64,000 bases of DNA from Acidobacteriia bacterium UBA6623 (lineage in GTDB: Bacteria > Acidobacteriota > Terriglobia > Bryobacterales > UBA6623), in assembly GCA_002433055.1 (NCBI GenBank), contig DJHJ01000014.1, positions 191,414 to 255,413 on the forward strand. Direction: 5' to 3'. The notes under the pieces are model-generated. The model worked only from the letters and a program-made list of their open reading frames with translations, made no database searches and was not told the origin of the DNA. A program made the translations under genes and the position numbers. Below, in pieces: positions 8,511 to 18,376 of this stretch (position 1 is the first letter of the stretch; the number at the start of each line of letters is the position of its first letter).

Positions 8511-9758
8511 ATGACAAAAGCGCCCCTTTTCAATAATCTAAAAACCTTCTTTTCCTCAATTGCTCCAGGTATTTTTTTGGTTGGCTATGTCATCGGTACA
8601 GGTAGCGTCACGACAATGGCTGCTGCCGGAGCAAAGTACGGCTTGTCACTGATATGGACTAGCGTAGTAGCTTCACTTTTTACCTACGTCATGTTTGTGG
8701 CGATTAGCAAGGTGACAATTGTTACCGGTAAAACATTGCTGCAAAATTTCCGTGTGCATTTCGGAGCTGCCCCCGCAATCTTCATCATGTTGGGGTTAAT
8801 GACCACCCAGATTGCTTCCATCATAGGAGTCATGGGCATTGTCTCGGATGTGGTGCAGGAGGCGACCATATTCTTCACGCCGAACGGTATAGGTATTCCA
8901 CCTTTCTATTCAGCATTGTTTTTTTCACTGCTGCTGTATGGGCTTTTTTGGATTGGTCGCCACCAAGTATTTTTGAAGGTCTTAGCAGTTCTGGTCACCA
9001 TGATGGCGTTTTCGTTTATAGCAACCATGCTAGTGGTGATACCTGATCTGACATCATTTCTGAGTGGCTTGATTCCCTCAGTCCCTGCGGAAGGGAATTC
9101 ACAACTCCTGATCGCGAGCATGGTAGGGACAACGATGGCTGGAGTGTGTCTTATTACGCGAAGTACCCTCGTGATTGAGAAAGGCTGGACACAGGCGGAC
9201 TTTAAAACTGAGCATAGAGATGCGTTTTTTGCAGTTACAGTTATGCTCTTTATCAACATAGCTATTATGGCTGCGGCCGCTGGAACTCTTTTTGTACAAG
9301 GCATGGAGGTGCGTCATGCGGTTGATATGATCAGGGCATTGGAGCCTTTCGCTGGTCCACTGGCTGCGACGTTGTTTGTGGTGGGAATCATTTCGGCCGG
9401 ACTCTCATCTCTGTTCCCCAACTATTTGCTGGGCATGTGGTTGATTTCAGATTATCTAAACCTTCCCAGGAATCCGCGTCTCCTGGCTTATAGAGGTCTC
9501 GTGGCTGTATGTGTTCTGACCGGTCTAGTGATCCCAGTTTTTGGTGGTAGCCCAATTGCGATTATGATCGCTTCGCAAGCGATTAGCCCAGTTGTTATGC
9601 CTGCCATGGTAGTTCTCACAACTCTACTGCTGTTAAAAAAAGATGTTGCGGATTTCAAAAACTCACGACTGATGAAAGTAGGTTTATTTGCCACTGTTTT
9701 GTTTGCGTTTTACATGCTCTACACTGCTGTGTTGGGATTTGTAGAATTGACACGATGA
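8511..9758 (+). CDS. Nramp-fold (COG1914-like) permease lacking the canonical DPGN metal site
   Basis: 415 aa polytopic membrane protein. The N-terminal block APGIFLVGYVIGTGSVTTMAAAGAKYG aligns by eye to Nramp TM1 (GPGFLVAVGYIDPGNxAT), but Asp and Asn are replaced. Confidence 0.6.
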   Translation: MTKAPLFNNLKTFFSSIAPGIFLVGYVIGTGSVTTMAAAGAKYGLSLIWTSVVASLFTYVMFVAISKVTIVTGKTLLQNFRVHFGAAPAIFIMLGLMTTQIASIIGVMGIVSDVVQEATIFFTPNGIGIPPFYSALFFSLLLYGLFWIGRHQVFLKVLAVLVTMMAFSFIATMLVVIPDLTSFLSGLIPSVPAEGNSQLLIASMVGTTMAGVCLITRSTLVIEKGWTQADFKTEHRDAFFAVTVMLFINIAIMAAAAGTLFVQGMEVRHAVDMIRALEPFAGPLAATLFVVGIISAGLSSLFPNYLLGMWLISDYLNLPRNPRLLAYRGLVAVCVLTGLVIPVFGGSPIAIMIASQAISPVVMPAMVVLTTLLLLKKDVADFKNSRLMKVGLFATVLFAFYMLYTAVLGFVELTR

Positions 9759-9871
9759 ATACTACTGACCTACGCCCTGATTTAGCTATCCTAAGAAAAC
9801 TCTGTGCCGTTGATGGATTGTCGACTCAGTGCTCTGGGGGAGTTTGATATCGCAAGTTAGGTGGGTTTTGG

Positions 9872-10660
9872 ATGATGTCGAAGGATTATTTAGATTCACT
9901 TTTTAGTCTTAGAGGCCAAGTGGCCGTCGTTATTGGGGGAACGGGTGTTTTAGGAGGTGCTCTGTGTGAAGGTTTTGCACGCGCTGGGGCGTTTGTCGTT
10001 GTTGCTGGCCGTTCCGTAGAGCGTGGAGATGCTTGTGTTGAGACAATCCAGATGTTCGAAGGTACGGCAGGTTTTCTGAGTGTTGATGTCACGTCACGTG
10101 AATCTATCCAGAAGCTGCATGACGTTACTATTTCAAAACATGGACAAGTCGACATTTTGGTGAACTGTGCGGGTGTTAACTCTGCCGCACCCTACAAAGA
10201 CACTAGAGATGAAGATTGGCAGAGGGTTCTTGAGGCTAACCTTACAGCGACTCACTGGGGTTGTCAGATTTTCGGTTCTTCCATGAGTTCACAGGCAGAA
10301 GGTGGATCTATATTGAATATAGGCAGCGTGACGTCACACTTGCCGCTATCAAGAGTTTTTGCTTACTCAGCTTCTAAAGCGGCCGTTGTTAATTTGACAC
10401 AGAATGTTGCGAGAGAATTTGCCTCTCATGGTGTCCGGGTTAATGCACTTTGCCCTGGGTTTTTCCCTGCCGAACAGAACCGCAAAATTCTCGACTCAGA
10501 CCGAGTTGGCAGCATTATGGAACAAACACCGATGGCACGTTTTGGTGAGCCGAAAGAGCTAGTTGGCGCGGCATTATTGCTCACATCGAGAGTTGCAGGG
10601 AGTTTCATCACAGGAGCTTCGGTGTATGTAGACGGTGGTTTTACGGGGATGCGATTCTAG
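9872..10660 (+). CDS. Short-chain dehydrogenase/reductase (KduD / gluconate 5-dehydrogenase-like)
   Basis: Rossmann motif VIGGTGVLGGAL and catalytic YSASK. The C-terminal GASVYVDGGF is typical of classical SDRs. Confidence 0.82.
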   Translation: MMSKDYLDSLFSLRGQVAVVIGGTGVLGGALCEGFARAGAFVVVAGRSVERGDACVETIQMFEGTAGFLSVDVTSRESIQKLHDVTISKHGQVDILVNCAGVNSAAPYKDTRDEDWQRVLEANLTATHWGCQIFGSSMSSQAEGGSILNIGSVTSHLPLSRVFAYSASKAAVVNLTQNVAREFASHGVRVNALCPGFFPAEQNRKILDSDRVGSIMEQTPMARFGEPKELVGAALLLTSRVAGSFITGASVYVDGGFTGMRF

Positions 10661-10763
10661 GCGACTCTTCCCAATTGAGTGCGAGAATTGACCACTCTCC
10701 AATCTGTAACTAGAATGATAGCCTGCGACTTCTGGTTCTTTACCGCTTTTCTAGCTGTTATAT

Positions 10764-13562
10764 ATGCTCGACCGTATTATTGTCCGAGGTGCACGGCAGC
10801 ACAATTTACGTGATGTCAACGTGGAGATTCCTCGCGACCAGCTCATTGTTGTAACAGGATTAAGCGGTTCGGGAAAATCCTCTCTTGCGTTTGATACGAT
10901 TTACGCTGAAGGACAGCGACGATACGTAGAAACTCTTTCTCCTTACGCTCGGCAATTTCTTGATCAACTCGAACGTCCTGATGTTGATTCGATCGATGGA
11001 TTGAGTCCCGCTCTCTCGATCGCACAAAAAACCACCAGCCGTAGTCCACGTTCAACGATGGGTACAGTAACTGAGGTATATGACTACCTTCGACTGCTTT
11101 ATTCAGCTATTGGTGCACCACACTGTCCGGACTGCAATATTTCGATTAGTCGTCAAACGGCTGAGCAGATCGTTGCACAGGTGGTCGAGCGGCGAATAGA
11201 ACAACGCGTAACAGTACTCGCTCCCATCGTCCGTGGGCGAAAGGGTGAATTCAAGCAGGAATTGAATCGTTTGAGTCAGCTCGGATTTTTGAAGGCTCGT
11301 GTCGATGGGCAGATCGTTCAGCTTGATGATGATTTACAACTTGATCGCCGGCGCAATCATACGATTGAATTAATCATTGACCGCCTAACAATTCGTAAAG
11401 ACATTCAGAAGCGTTTGGAAAATTCAATTCGCACCGCCTTGAAAATGGCTAAGGGGCTGGTCATTGTTGCTGGAGTTGAGGGAGATGAGAAGCTTTATTC
11501 CGAAATCTTATCCTGTACAAAATGTGGTCGTAGTGCCCCTACGATCGAGCCACGGTCATTTTCCTTCAATAGTTCCTACGGTGCCTGTCCAAGATGTAAC
11601 GGACTGGGCAACTTGTGGAATTTTGATCCATCAAAAGTTGTTGTGGAATCATCCAAACCTTTGCTTTCGGGAGGAATTGCCCCCGCTCTGCTTTCAGTTC
11701 GGATCGAACGTGCGATCGAACGTGCTGCCAAGAAGTACCGTATTCCACTGAAGAAACCCTTTGAGGATCTTTCGGATGTACATCAGAACGCTCTCCTTTG
11801 GGGTGATTGTGTTGAGCTGGAGCCTAAAAGAAAGAGTTCGTTTCCGGGATTGATGGGCCTTCTCAGTCAAAATGGAGTGGAGCAATATCTGGAATCTTGT
11901 CGTGATTGGCCCGCACAATTTCTTTCTCCGAGTCCCTGTGAAGATTGCAATGGTTATCGTTTGCGCCAAGAAAGCTTGGCTGTTCGAGTTGGTAGCCGCT
12001 CCATCGGTGAGCTCTGTGCACTGCCTATTACCGACACTCTTGAATTCATCGAAAATATTTCTCTCAACCCGAGGGAAAAACAGGTTACAGATAGACTTAC
12101 TGGCGAACTAAAAACACGCTTACGTTTTTTAACTACCGTTGGTCTGGGCTATCTCAGTCTTGATCGCTCGTCAGCAACTCTTTCGGGAGGTGAGGCACAA
12201 CGTGTACGTTTAGCCACACAAATTGGGTCTCACTTGCGAGGTGTTCTTTACGTTCTTGATGAACCCTCGATAGGTTTACACGCTCGTGACAATAAACAGC
12301 TGCTAGATACACTTGGTCAGCTACGAGATCTTGGGAACACGGTCGTTGTTGTGGAACACGATCAAGACACAATTGAGCGTGCTGATTACGTAGTTGATCT
12401 TGGACCAGCTGCTGGTCGACTGGGGGGTGAAGTAGTTGCAATAGGTTCCCCTAAGGATGTGGCCCAATCCAAAAAGTCTTTGACGGGAGATTATCTGAGC
12501 GGCCGAAAAAAAATTTCCAAACCAGAGGTTAGAAGATCTCCCAAAGGACAATCCATTGTGATCAAAGGTGCTCGTCAACACAACCTGAGAGACATCACTG
12601 TGGAGTTTCCATTGGGAATGCTGATTGTAGTAACGGGAGTTTCAGGCAGTGGCAAATCGACACTTGTAAATGAAATTTTGTATCCGGTCTTGGCTAAACA
12701 TGTATACCAGTCAAGACTTGAGCCAGGCCGATATGCCGAAATCGAAGGAATTGATCATATAGACAAGGTTGTACGTATTGATCAAGCTCCAATTGGTCGC
12801 ACACCGCGTTCAAACCCCGCTACCTACACAGGGTTATTTGCCCCTATCCGGGCGTTGTATGCCATGCTGCCAGAGTCACGAGTTCGGGGATACAAGCCCG
12901 GCCGGTTTAGCTTCAATGTGAAGGGTGGAAGATGTGAAGCCTGCCGTGGTGATGGGCAACGCCGCATTGAAATGAACTTTCTGCCTGACATATTTGTCAC
13001 TTGCGAAGTTTGTAGCGCTCGTCGTTACAATCAGGAGACCCTGCAGGTTAAGTATCGAGGCGTTTCCATTGCTGATTTGCTCGAATGCACAGTGGAAGAA
13101 GCTTTGCCAATGATGGAGAATCTTCCTCAAATTCTGCCCAAACTTCAGACTCTCCAAGATGTTGGATTAGGGTATCTACGTTTGGGACAGCCATCGCCTA
13201 CACTGTCGGGAGGTGAAGCACAGCGAATAAAGTTGGCACGTGAACTCAGCAAACGTCAAACTGGGCGGACTTTATATCTTCTCGACGAGCCCACCACGGG
13301 TCTCCATTTCGATGATGTTAGGAAACTTTTGGAGGTTCTCCATCGACTTGTGTCCTATGGTAATACCGTGATTGTTGTTGAGCACAATTTGGATATAGTG
13401 AAGTCAGCTGATTGGATTGTTGATCTCGGTCCAGAGGGTGGAGAAGGCGGAGGCCAAGTTGTCGTTGCTGGCAATCCCGAGCAAGTTGCTGCCTGTAAGC
13501 GTAGTTACACCGGTCAGGCGTTAGCGCGCATGTGGCGTAAAGAGTGTTTGGCAACGGTTTGA
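10764..13562 (+). CDS. uvrA: Excinuclease ABC subunit A
   Basis: 932 aa starting [56 protein letters not shown]. It has two Walker A sites ([16 protein letters not shown]), zinc-finger Cys pairs and LSGGEAQR signatures. Confidence 0.97.
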   Translation: MLDRIIVRGARQHNLRDVNVEIPRDQLIVVTGLSGSGKSSLAFDTIYAEGQRRYVETLSPYARQFLDQLERPDVDSIDGLSPALSIAQKTTSRSPRSTMGTVTEVYDYLRLLYSAIGAPHCPDCNISISRQTAEQIVAQVVERRIEQRVTVLAPIVRGRKGEFKQELNRLSQLGFLKARVDGQIVQLDDDLQLDRRRNHTIELIIDRLTIRKDIQKRLENSIRTALKMAKGLVIVAGVEGDEKLYSEILSCTKCGRSAPTIEPRSFSFNSSYGACPRCNGLGNLWNFDPSKVVVESSKPLLSGGIAPALLSVRIERAIERAAKKYRIPLKKPFEDLSDVHQNALLWGDCVELEPKRKSSFPGLMGLLSQNGVEQYLESCRDWPAQFLSPSPCEDCNGYRLRQESLAVRVGSRSIGELCALPITDTLEFIENISLNPREKQVTDRLTGELKTRLRFLTTVGLGYLSLDRSSATLSGGEAQRVRLATQIGSHLRGVLYVLDEPSIGLHARDNKQLLDTLGQLRDLGNTVVVVEHDQDTIERADYVVDLGPAAGRLGGEVVAIGSPKDVAQSKKSLTGDYLSGRKKISKPEVRRSPKGQSIVIKGARQHNLRDITVEFPLGMLIVVTGVSGSGKSTLVNEILYPVLAKHVYQSRLEPGRYAEIEGIDHIDKVVRIDQAPIGRTPRSNPATYTGLFAPIRALYAMLPESRVRGYKPGRFSFNVKGGRCEACRGDGQRRIEMNFLPDIFVTCEVCSARRYNQETLQVKYRGVSIADLLECTVEEALPMMENLPQILPKLQTLQDVGLGYLRLGQPSPTLSGGEAQRIKLARELSKRQTGRTLYLLDEPTTGLHFDDVRKLLEVLHRLVSYGNTVIVVEHNLDIVKSADWIVDLGPEGGEGGGQVVVAGNPEQVAACKRSYTGQALARMWRKECLATV

Positions 13563-13656
13563 CCACTTTTCAAGGTGATTGATACACTAGTGGTTTGTTT
13601 CGTTAGCGTGACTGAGGGCTGAGAGATTGAGCCGGGCAGGTCACGGATGAGGTCAG

Positions 13657-13806
13657 ATGCCGAAAAGAACTTTTCAGCCAAACCGCCGCCGTAGGGCCAA
13701 GAAGCACGGGTTTAGGTCTCGTATGAAGAGCCCTGCAGGCCGACGGATACTTTCTGCCCGGAGGGCCAAGGGTAGGCATGTGCTCACAGTTAGTTCGGAG
13801 AAATAA
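13657..13806 (+). CDS. rpmH: 50S ribosomal protein L34 (49 aa, below ORF-track cut-off)
   Basis: Translation [49 protein letters not shown] is the canonical L34 sequence pattern. rnpA follows it. Confidence 0.93.
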   Translation: MPKRTFQPNRRRRAKKHGFRSRMKSPAGRRILSARRAKGRHVLTVSSEK

Positions 13807-14191
13807 TCGGTCCAGCCTGGGTTCGACGCGTGATCGGAGTTTTTCGAAGTCGCGACGTCTCTTGAAGCGAAGCGAGTTTGACCGTGTCTATAGGGACGGT
13901 GCTCGCTCGGCGAATGCTTTTTTTTCGGCGGTCTGCTGTGAAGTGGAGGGCCCCACACGTGTTGGCCTGGCAGTGGGTCGCTCAGTGGGAGGTGCGGTTG
14001 TCCGCAATCGCGTGAAGAGGCTTTTACGAGAGGCAGTTAGAAACCGCTTAGATAGATTACCTGACGGTTGGGATGTAGTTTTACAAGCTCGAAAGAGCAT
14101 CACTGATGCATCCGCATACGCACTCGATGCTGAAATACAACTCATTTTCCATTCATTGGCGGCCAGCGCCCCTTCGACAGAGTCTCGCTAG
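13778..14191 (+). CDS. rnpA: Ribonuclease P protein component
   Basis: The block [21 protein letters not shown]...[25 protein letters not shown] is the RnpA pattern, and the gene lies between rpmH and yidD. The start is uncertain. The ATG at 13778 overlaps rpmH by 29 nt, and an alternative non-ATG start is possible near 13817. Confidence 0.82.
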   Translation: MCSQLVRRNNRSSLGSTRDRSFSKSRRLLKRSEFDRVYRDGARSANAFFSAVCCEVEGPTRVGLAVGRSVGGAVVRNRVKRLLREAVRNRLDRLPDGWDVVLQARKSITDASAYALDAEIQLIFHSLAASAPSTESR

Positions 14192-14432
14192 AGCCCTAGA
14201 TCTTCTTAACTGGACTGCGAAGAAGCTGGTGGTGTTGACCTTGTTGTTTTACAAAGGGGCTGTATCGCCCTTGTTGCCTTCTTTTTGCAAATTTCACCCT
14301 ACTTGCTCAATCTATGCGATGGAAGCGGTTGAGCGGTATGGAGTCAAGAAAGGTCTCTGGCTAACCACCAAGCGCGTTTGTAGGTGTCGTCCATTTTCTC
14401 CGGGCGGCTATGATCCTGTACCTCATGCCTAA
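14106..14432 (+). CDS. yidD: Membrane protein insertion efficiency factor YidD
   Basis: The C-terminal 68 aa (LVVLTLLFYKGAVSPLLPSFCKFHPTCSIYAMEAVERYGVKKGLWLTTKRVCRCRPFSPGGYDPVP) match the YidD pattern. The real start is probably downstream of 14106, with GTG/TTG candidates around 14226-14235. Confidence 0.8.
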   Translation: MHPHTHSMLKYNSFSIHWRPAPLRQSLARALDLLNWTAKKLVVLTLLFYKGAVSPLLPSFCKFHPTCSIYAMEAVERYGVKKGLWLTTKRVCRCRPFSPGGYDPVPHA

Positions 14433-16146
14433 CTCAAACGACGAACAATTCGTACAGCAGCGTTTACTGTTGGCGTGTGTCCTCTCCGCTTTGGCAGTGG
14501 GAGGGTATTTCTACGTTGTCGGCCCTACGGTACCTCCATCTTCGACAACTGTGGCAACCTCAGAATTACAAAACCAAGCTCCGGACCGCTCTTCTGTACC
14601 TGTCAAAAAAGACTCGAAAAATCAACCTGCTGCAATGACTAGAGCCAGAAGTGACGACCTGAATCTACAAGTGGCGAAGCGTGAACAAGAGATCGTAGTT
14701 GAGACTGAGACATATCGTGTGACGTTTAGTAATCGTGGTGCAACGGTTACAAGCTGGATCCTCAAAAACTATAATTCTGCGGACGGTCAAGAAATGGATT
14801 TGTTATCTCACGGCACCGATAAATCCCGTGCCTTTACTTTGGTTCGTTCGGGTGGGGAGGCCATTACAGCCCTCGATGATGCTCTATTTAAAATCAATTC
14901 TGGGTCTCACATGAGAGCTGGTCCCACATCTGTGGTATTCGTTTACGATGATGGCCGGTACTCAGCAAGCAAGACTTTCCGGTTCGAGTCTCAAGGCTAT
15001 GTGGTGGAAATCGAGAGTGCAGTCACTTTGGATGATATTCCTCAGGAGCATTTACTGACTTGGGCCAATGGCTTTGGTGACACAAGACGAGAAAGCGCTA
15101 GTTTGTACTCGACAACGTTCTATTATGACCGTTCTGAGAACTCATTGATTCGAAATGTGGCCGGCGATTTGGGCGAAGATTCATCTACAGTCAGTACTGG
15201 TCCATTTCGTTACGTCGGTGTGGATGATCTGTATTTTACAGCTGTCTTTATGCCACTGGAATCGGGTGAAGAAATCCGCATTGAAACGGGTGAAACTTCA
15301 TTGCCAACATACGATGAAGAGTACGCGAACTTTGTAACTTTAGCTGCGGGTGGAGCTGAAACAAACCGGTTCCAGTGTTTTATTGGCCCTAAGATATTTC
15401 CGTCGTTGGGTTCGATCCGTCCAGAGTTACAGGAAGTTGTTGATTTTGGGTGGGCTGGGTTCATTGCAAAACCACTTTACTGGATGTTGCTTTGGACTCA
15501 TGACAATGTGGTTGCCAATTATGGATGGTCGATTGTACTACTTACGGTGTTTATCAACATAGTCCTGTTTCCTGTCAAATGGAAATCCTCTGGATCGATG
15601 AAAAGGATGCAGGCCGTTGCCCCACTGATGAAACAGATTAACGATAAGTATAAGGGCCTAAAATTCAATGATCCGAAGAAGCAACAACAACAGAAAGAGA
15701 TGCAGGCTCTGTATAAGAAGTATCAAGTCAACCCTTTGGGAGGATGCCTTCCGATGCTTATCCAGATGCCATTCTTTTTTGCTTTCTATGGTGTCTTGAG
15801 CGTAGCGATAGAAATCAGGCAAGCTGATTGGCTCTGGGTAGCTGATCTGTCTCAACCAGAACAGCTGAGCATTAGGATTTTGCCCATTGCAATGATGGCT
15901 TCACAATTTTGGATTCAATCACTTACGCCAACGCCATCGACCGATGCCGCACAGGCTCGGATTATGAAATTTATGCCGCTGATGTTCGGCTTCTTGTTCT
16001 ACAGCTTTCAAAGTGGTCTCGTGTTATACTGGCTGACTAGTAATTTGGCAGGGATTCTACAGCAGGTGTTTATAAACCGCATGCCTGCTCCTGCTGATCT
16101 GCCGAAAATAGAACAGCCACGACGGCACAAGAAGAAGAAAAGGTAG
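14410..16146 (+). CDS. yidC: Membrane protein insertase YidC
   Basis: 578 aa with an N-terminal TM and a large periplasmic domain. The C-terminal Oxa1 core reads GWSIVLLTVFINIVLFPV, NPLGGCLPMLIQMPFFFAFY and SGLVLYWLTSNLAGILQQ, followed by a basic tail. Confidence 0.94.
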   Translation: MILYLMPNSNDEQFVQQRLLLACVLSALAVGGYFYVVGPTVPPSSTTVATSELQNQAPDRSSVPVKKDSKNQPAAMTRARSDDLNLQVAKREQEIVVETETYRVTFSNRGATVTSWILKNYNSADGQEMDLLSHGTDKSRAFTLVRSGGEAITALDDALFKINSGSHMRAGPTSVVFVYDDGRYSASKTFRFESQGYVVEIESAVTLDDIPQEHLLTWANGFGDTRRESASLYSTTFYYDRSENSLIRNVAGDLGEDSSTVSTGPFRYVGVDDLYFTAVFMPLESGEEIRIETGETSLPTYDEEYANFVTLAAGGAETNRFQCFIGPKIFPSLGSIRPELQEVVDFGWAGFIAKPLYWMLLWTHDNVVANYGWSIVLLTVFINIVLFPVKWKSSGSMKRMQAVAPLMKQINDKYKGLKFNDPKKQQQQKEMQALYKKYQVNPLGGCLPMLIQMPFFFAFYGVLSVAIEIRQADWLWVADLSQPEQLSIRILPIAMMASQFWIQSLTPTPSTDAAQARIMKFMPLMFGFLFYSFQSGLVLYWLTSNLAGILQQVFINRMPAPADLPKIEQPRRHKKKKR

Positions 16147-16177
16147 TTGGTTAACAACACCACCTATCCCTCAATAT

Positions 16178-16687
16178 ATGTCAGCTTGGGCGAGCAGCGA
16201 CGTCCGGTCCAGAGTAGACGAGTTCTTGGGTCCCTTATTGAGAGCCGCCCAGCTCGATGTGGGCTATACCATCGATTCGGCTGAAACACTTGAAAACCGG
16301 GATCTTTTTTCTCCTGACCTTTTGATTGAGTTCTCAGGTCCAGACGTGGAGTTGCTATTGCTTTACCGCGCGGAGTTATTGTTGGCCCTTGAACATCTAA
16401 CGCTGGAAGCATTACAAATTTCCCACCAAGATCGTTACCGGTTAATTTTTGATGCAAATGGATATCGCGTAACGCGGATCCAAGAATTACGACTGAGCGC
16501 CCAGGTAGCTGCAGAGAAGGTCAAGCGCACGGGTAGCCCATTTCATTTTCAGCCGATGAGCTCGCGAGAAAGGCGCGTGCTGCACTTAGCGTTGCGTGAC
16601 GAGCACGAGGTTCGTACGGTGTCGGAAGGTATCGTACCGAGACGTCACACTGTCATCTATTCTGTTCAAGATAAGAAGGAAGACTAG
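16178..16687 (+). CDS. jag: Jag/KhpB-like RNA-binding protein (R3H domain)
   Basis: The C-terminal SPFHFQPMSSRERRVLHLALRDEHEVRTVSEG is an R3H-type motif. The position after yidC is conserved. Confidence 0.75.
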   Translation: MSAWASSDVRSRVDEFLGPLLRAAQLDVGYTIDSAETLENRDLFSPDLLIEFSGPDVELLLLYRAELLLALEHLTLEALQISHQDRYRLIFDANGYRVTRIQELRLSAQVAAEKVKRTGSPFHFQPMSSRERRVLHLALRDEHEVRTVSEGIVPRRHTVIYSVQDKKED

Positions 16688-16737
16688 ATCCAAGTGGCAC
16701 AACATCGTGCCTTTGTGTCACCCCAACGAATGCCGTT

Positions 16738-18111
16738 TTGTCCCTAGCTAACAATTTGCTCCATACAGACGATACGATCGTTGCGTTGTCCACACCACCT
16801 GGTGTTGGAGCTATTGGCGTAGTGCGCCTGTCCGGTCCTGAAGCGCTGGCAATTAGCAAGCAACTAGTGGCTCTCACGAATCGAAAAGAACTCGGGCACA
16901 GGTGCGCATCAATCGGTTCGCTGATTGATGACAAAGGGGAAGTGGTCGATCAAGTGATCCTCACATATTTCCCCAAGCCAAAATCTTACAGTGGCGAAGA
17001 TATCGTGGAAATTTCGTGCCACGGCTCACCAGTGATTCTTTCCTTTGCAGTTGAGAGAGCAATTTTTTTAGGAGCCCGTCTGGCCGAACCTGGTGAATTC
17101 ACACAACGTGCTTTTTGCAATGGGCGAATTGATCTTGCTCAAGCAGAAGCAGTGCGTGATCTTGTTGAAGCTACTACTTTGCACCAAGCGCGAGTAGCGA
17201 TACAGCAAGTGGAAGGAGCACTCTCTCGCCGAGTGGGGCCTCTCAAAAAGAAGCTTTGCGACTTGATTGCTCTACTTGAAGCAGGTATCGACTTTGCGGA
17301 GGACGATGTCACTGTTCCAAGTGCCGTTACACTGCTCGACCGGTTAGAACCTTTAATTTTGGGCGTGACTTCTCTGACAGATAGTTTCCGTTTTGGCAAG
17401 GTGGTGCGCTCCGGTTTGACAATTTCAATTCTCGGGAGGCCCAATACTGGTAAATCAAGCTTATTCAATAAGTTGCTCGAAAAAGATCGCTCCATTATTA
17501 GCGAAGCTGCGGGTACCACACGTGATCAGGTTAGTGAGATGTTATCCATAGAAGGGTTGCCAGTCAAATTAATAGACACGGCGGGTATCAGAATGACATC
17601 TGATGTTGTCGAAGCCAAGGGAGTAGAAAAAAGCTACGAAGCACTTGCCGACTCAGATCTTATTCTTATTGTCGTCGACTTATCCGAGGAGCTTCAAGCG
17701 GCCGATCATGAGTTATTAGCGAAATCTACCGATGATGAACGTTGTCTGCTCGTCGGCAACAAGGCGGATTTGCAGTCTAAGGTAAAACTGCAAGGTGATT
17801 TTGCTATTGTTTCTGCACTTACTGGTGAAGGGGTTGACGAACTTCGGCAAGCTATACGTTTCAAGGCACTACCCGAGGTAACAGGATTGGGTGAAGGAAC
17901 GTTTGTTACTAATTTGCGCCATCAAGGATTGCTGTGCGATGCACTTGAGTATTTAAGGAAAGCAGAGGGGGCGATTTCAGATGATGTACCTCAAGAAATG
18001 CTATTACTGGACCTATATGGGGCTCTTTCGTCCATTGATCGAATCACTGGCGCTACCAGTGTTGATGACATACTAGAGAATATCTTTTCAGCTTTTTGTA
18101 TCGGAAAGTGA
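16738..18111 (+). CDS. mnmE: tRNA modification GTPase MnmE (TrmE)
   Basis: N-terminal DTIVALSTPPGVGAIGVVRLSG, G-domain GRPNTGKSSLFN and DTAGIR, and the terminal CIGK motif. Confidence 0.95.
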   Translation: MSLANNLLHTDDTIVALSTPPGVGAIGVVRLSGPEALAISKQLVALTNRKELGHRCASIGSLIDDKGEVVDQVILTYFPKPKSYSGEDIVEISCHGSPVILSFAVERAIFLGARLAEPGEFTQRAFCNGRIDLAQAEAVRDLVEATTLHQARVAIQQVEGALSRRVGPLKKKLCDLIALLEAGIDFAEDDVTVPSAVTLLDRLEPLILGVTSLTDSFRFGKVVRSGLTISILGRPNTGKSSLFNKLLEKDRSIISEAAGTTRDQVSEMLSIEGLPVKLIDTAGIRMTSDVVEAKGVEKSYEALADSDLILIVVDLSEELQAADHELLAKSTDDERCLLVGNKADLQSKVKLQGDFAIVSALTGEGVDELRQAIRFKALPEVTGLGEGTFVTNLRHQGLLCDALEYLRKAEGAISDDVPQEMLLLDLYGALSSIDRITGATSVDDILENIFSAFCIGK

Positions 18112-18124
18112 TGATAATGAAAGA

Positions 18125-18370
18125 ATGCAAGCTGTAGTTCATGTAGCTTTTAAAAAAACGGTTCTTGATCCTCAAGGCCGCACCATTTGTTCGACTTTGA
18201 ATAACCTAGGACACAAAAATGTTCTCGACGTGCGACAAGGCAAGTTTTTCGAAATTGAAATTGACCCGGATATTTCCCAAGAACAAGCGCGCGAACAGAT
18301 TGAAAAGGTTGCTCGTGAAGTTTTAGCCAACCCCGTAATCGAGGATTATAGTATCGATTGGAAAGATTGA
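18125..18370 (+). CDS. purS: Phosphoribosylformylglycinamidine synthase subunit PurS
   Basis: 81 aa. VHVAFKKTVLDPQGRTICSTLNNLGHKNVLDVRQGKFFEIEID matches the PurS pattern. Confidence 0.85.
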   Translation: MQAVVHVAFKKTVLDPQGRTICSTLNNLGHKNVLDVRQGKFFEIEIDPDISQEQAREQIEKVAREVLANPVIEDYSIDWKD

Positions 18371-18376
18371 ACGGAT

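Noticed and set aside
13563-13656. Replication origin / DnaA boxes next to rpmH.
   Set aside because: uvrA, not dnaA/dnaN, flanks rpmH. The spacer is only 94 nt, and I saw no TTATCCACA-like boxes.
18125-18376. glmS ribozyme upstream of glmS.
   Set aside because: Only 6 nt separate purS from glmS, and the upstream sequence is coding, so there is no room for a ribozyme.
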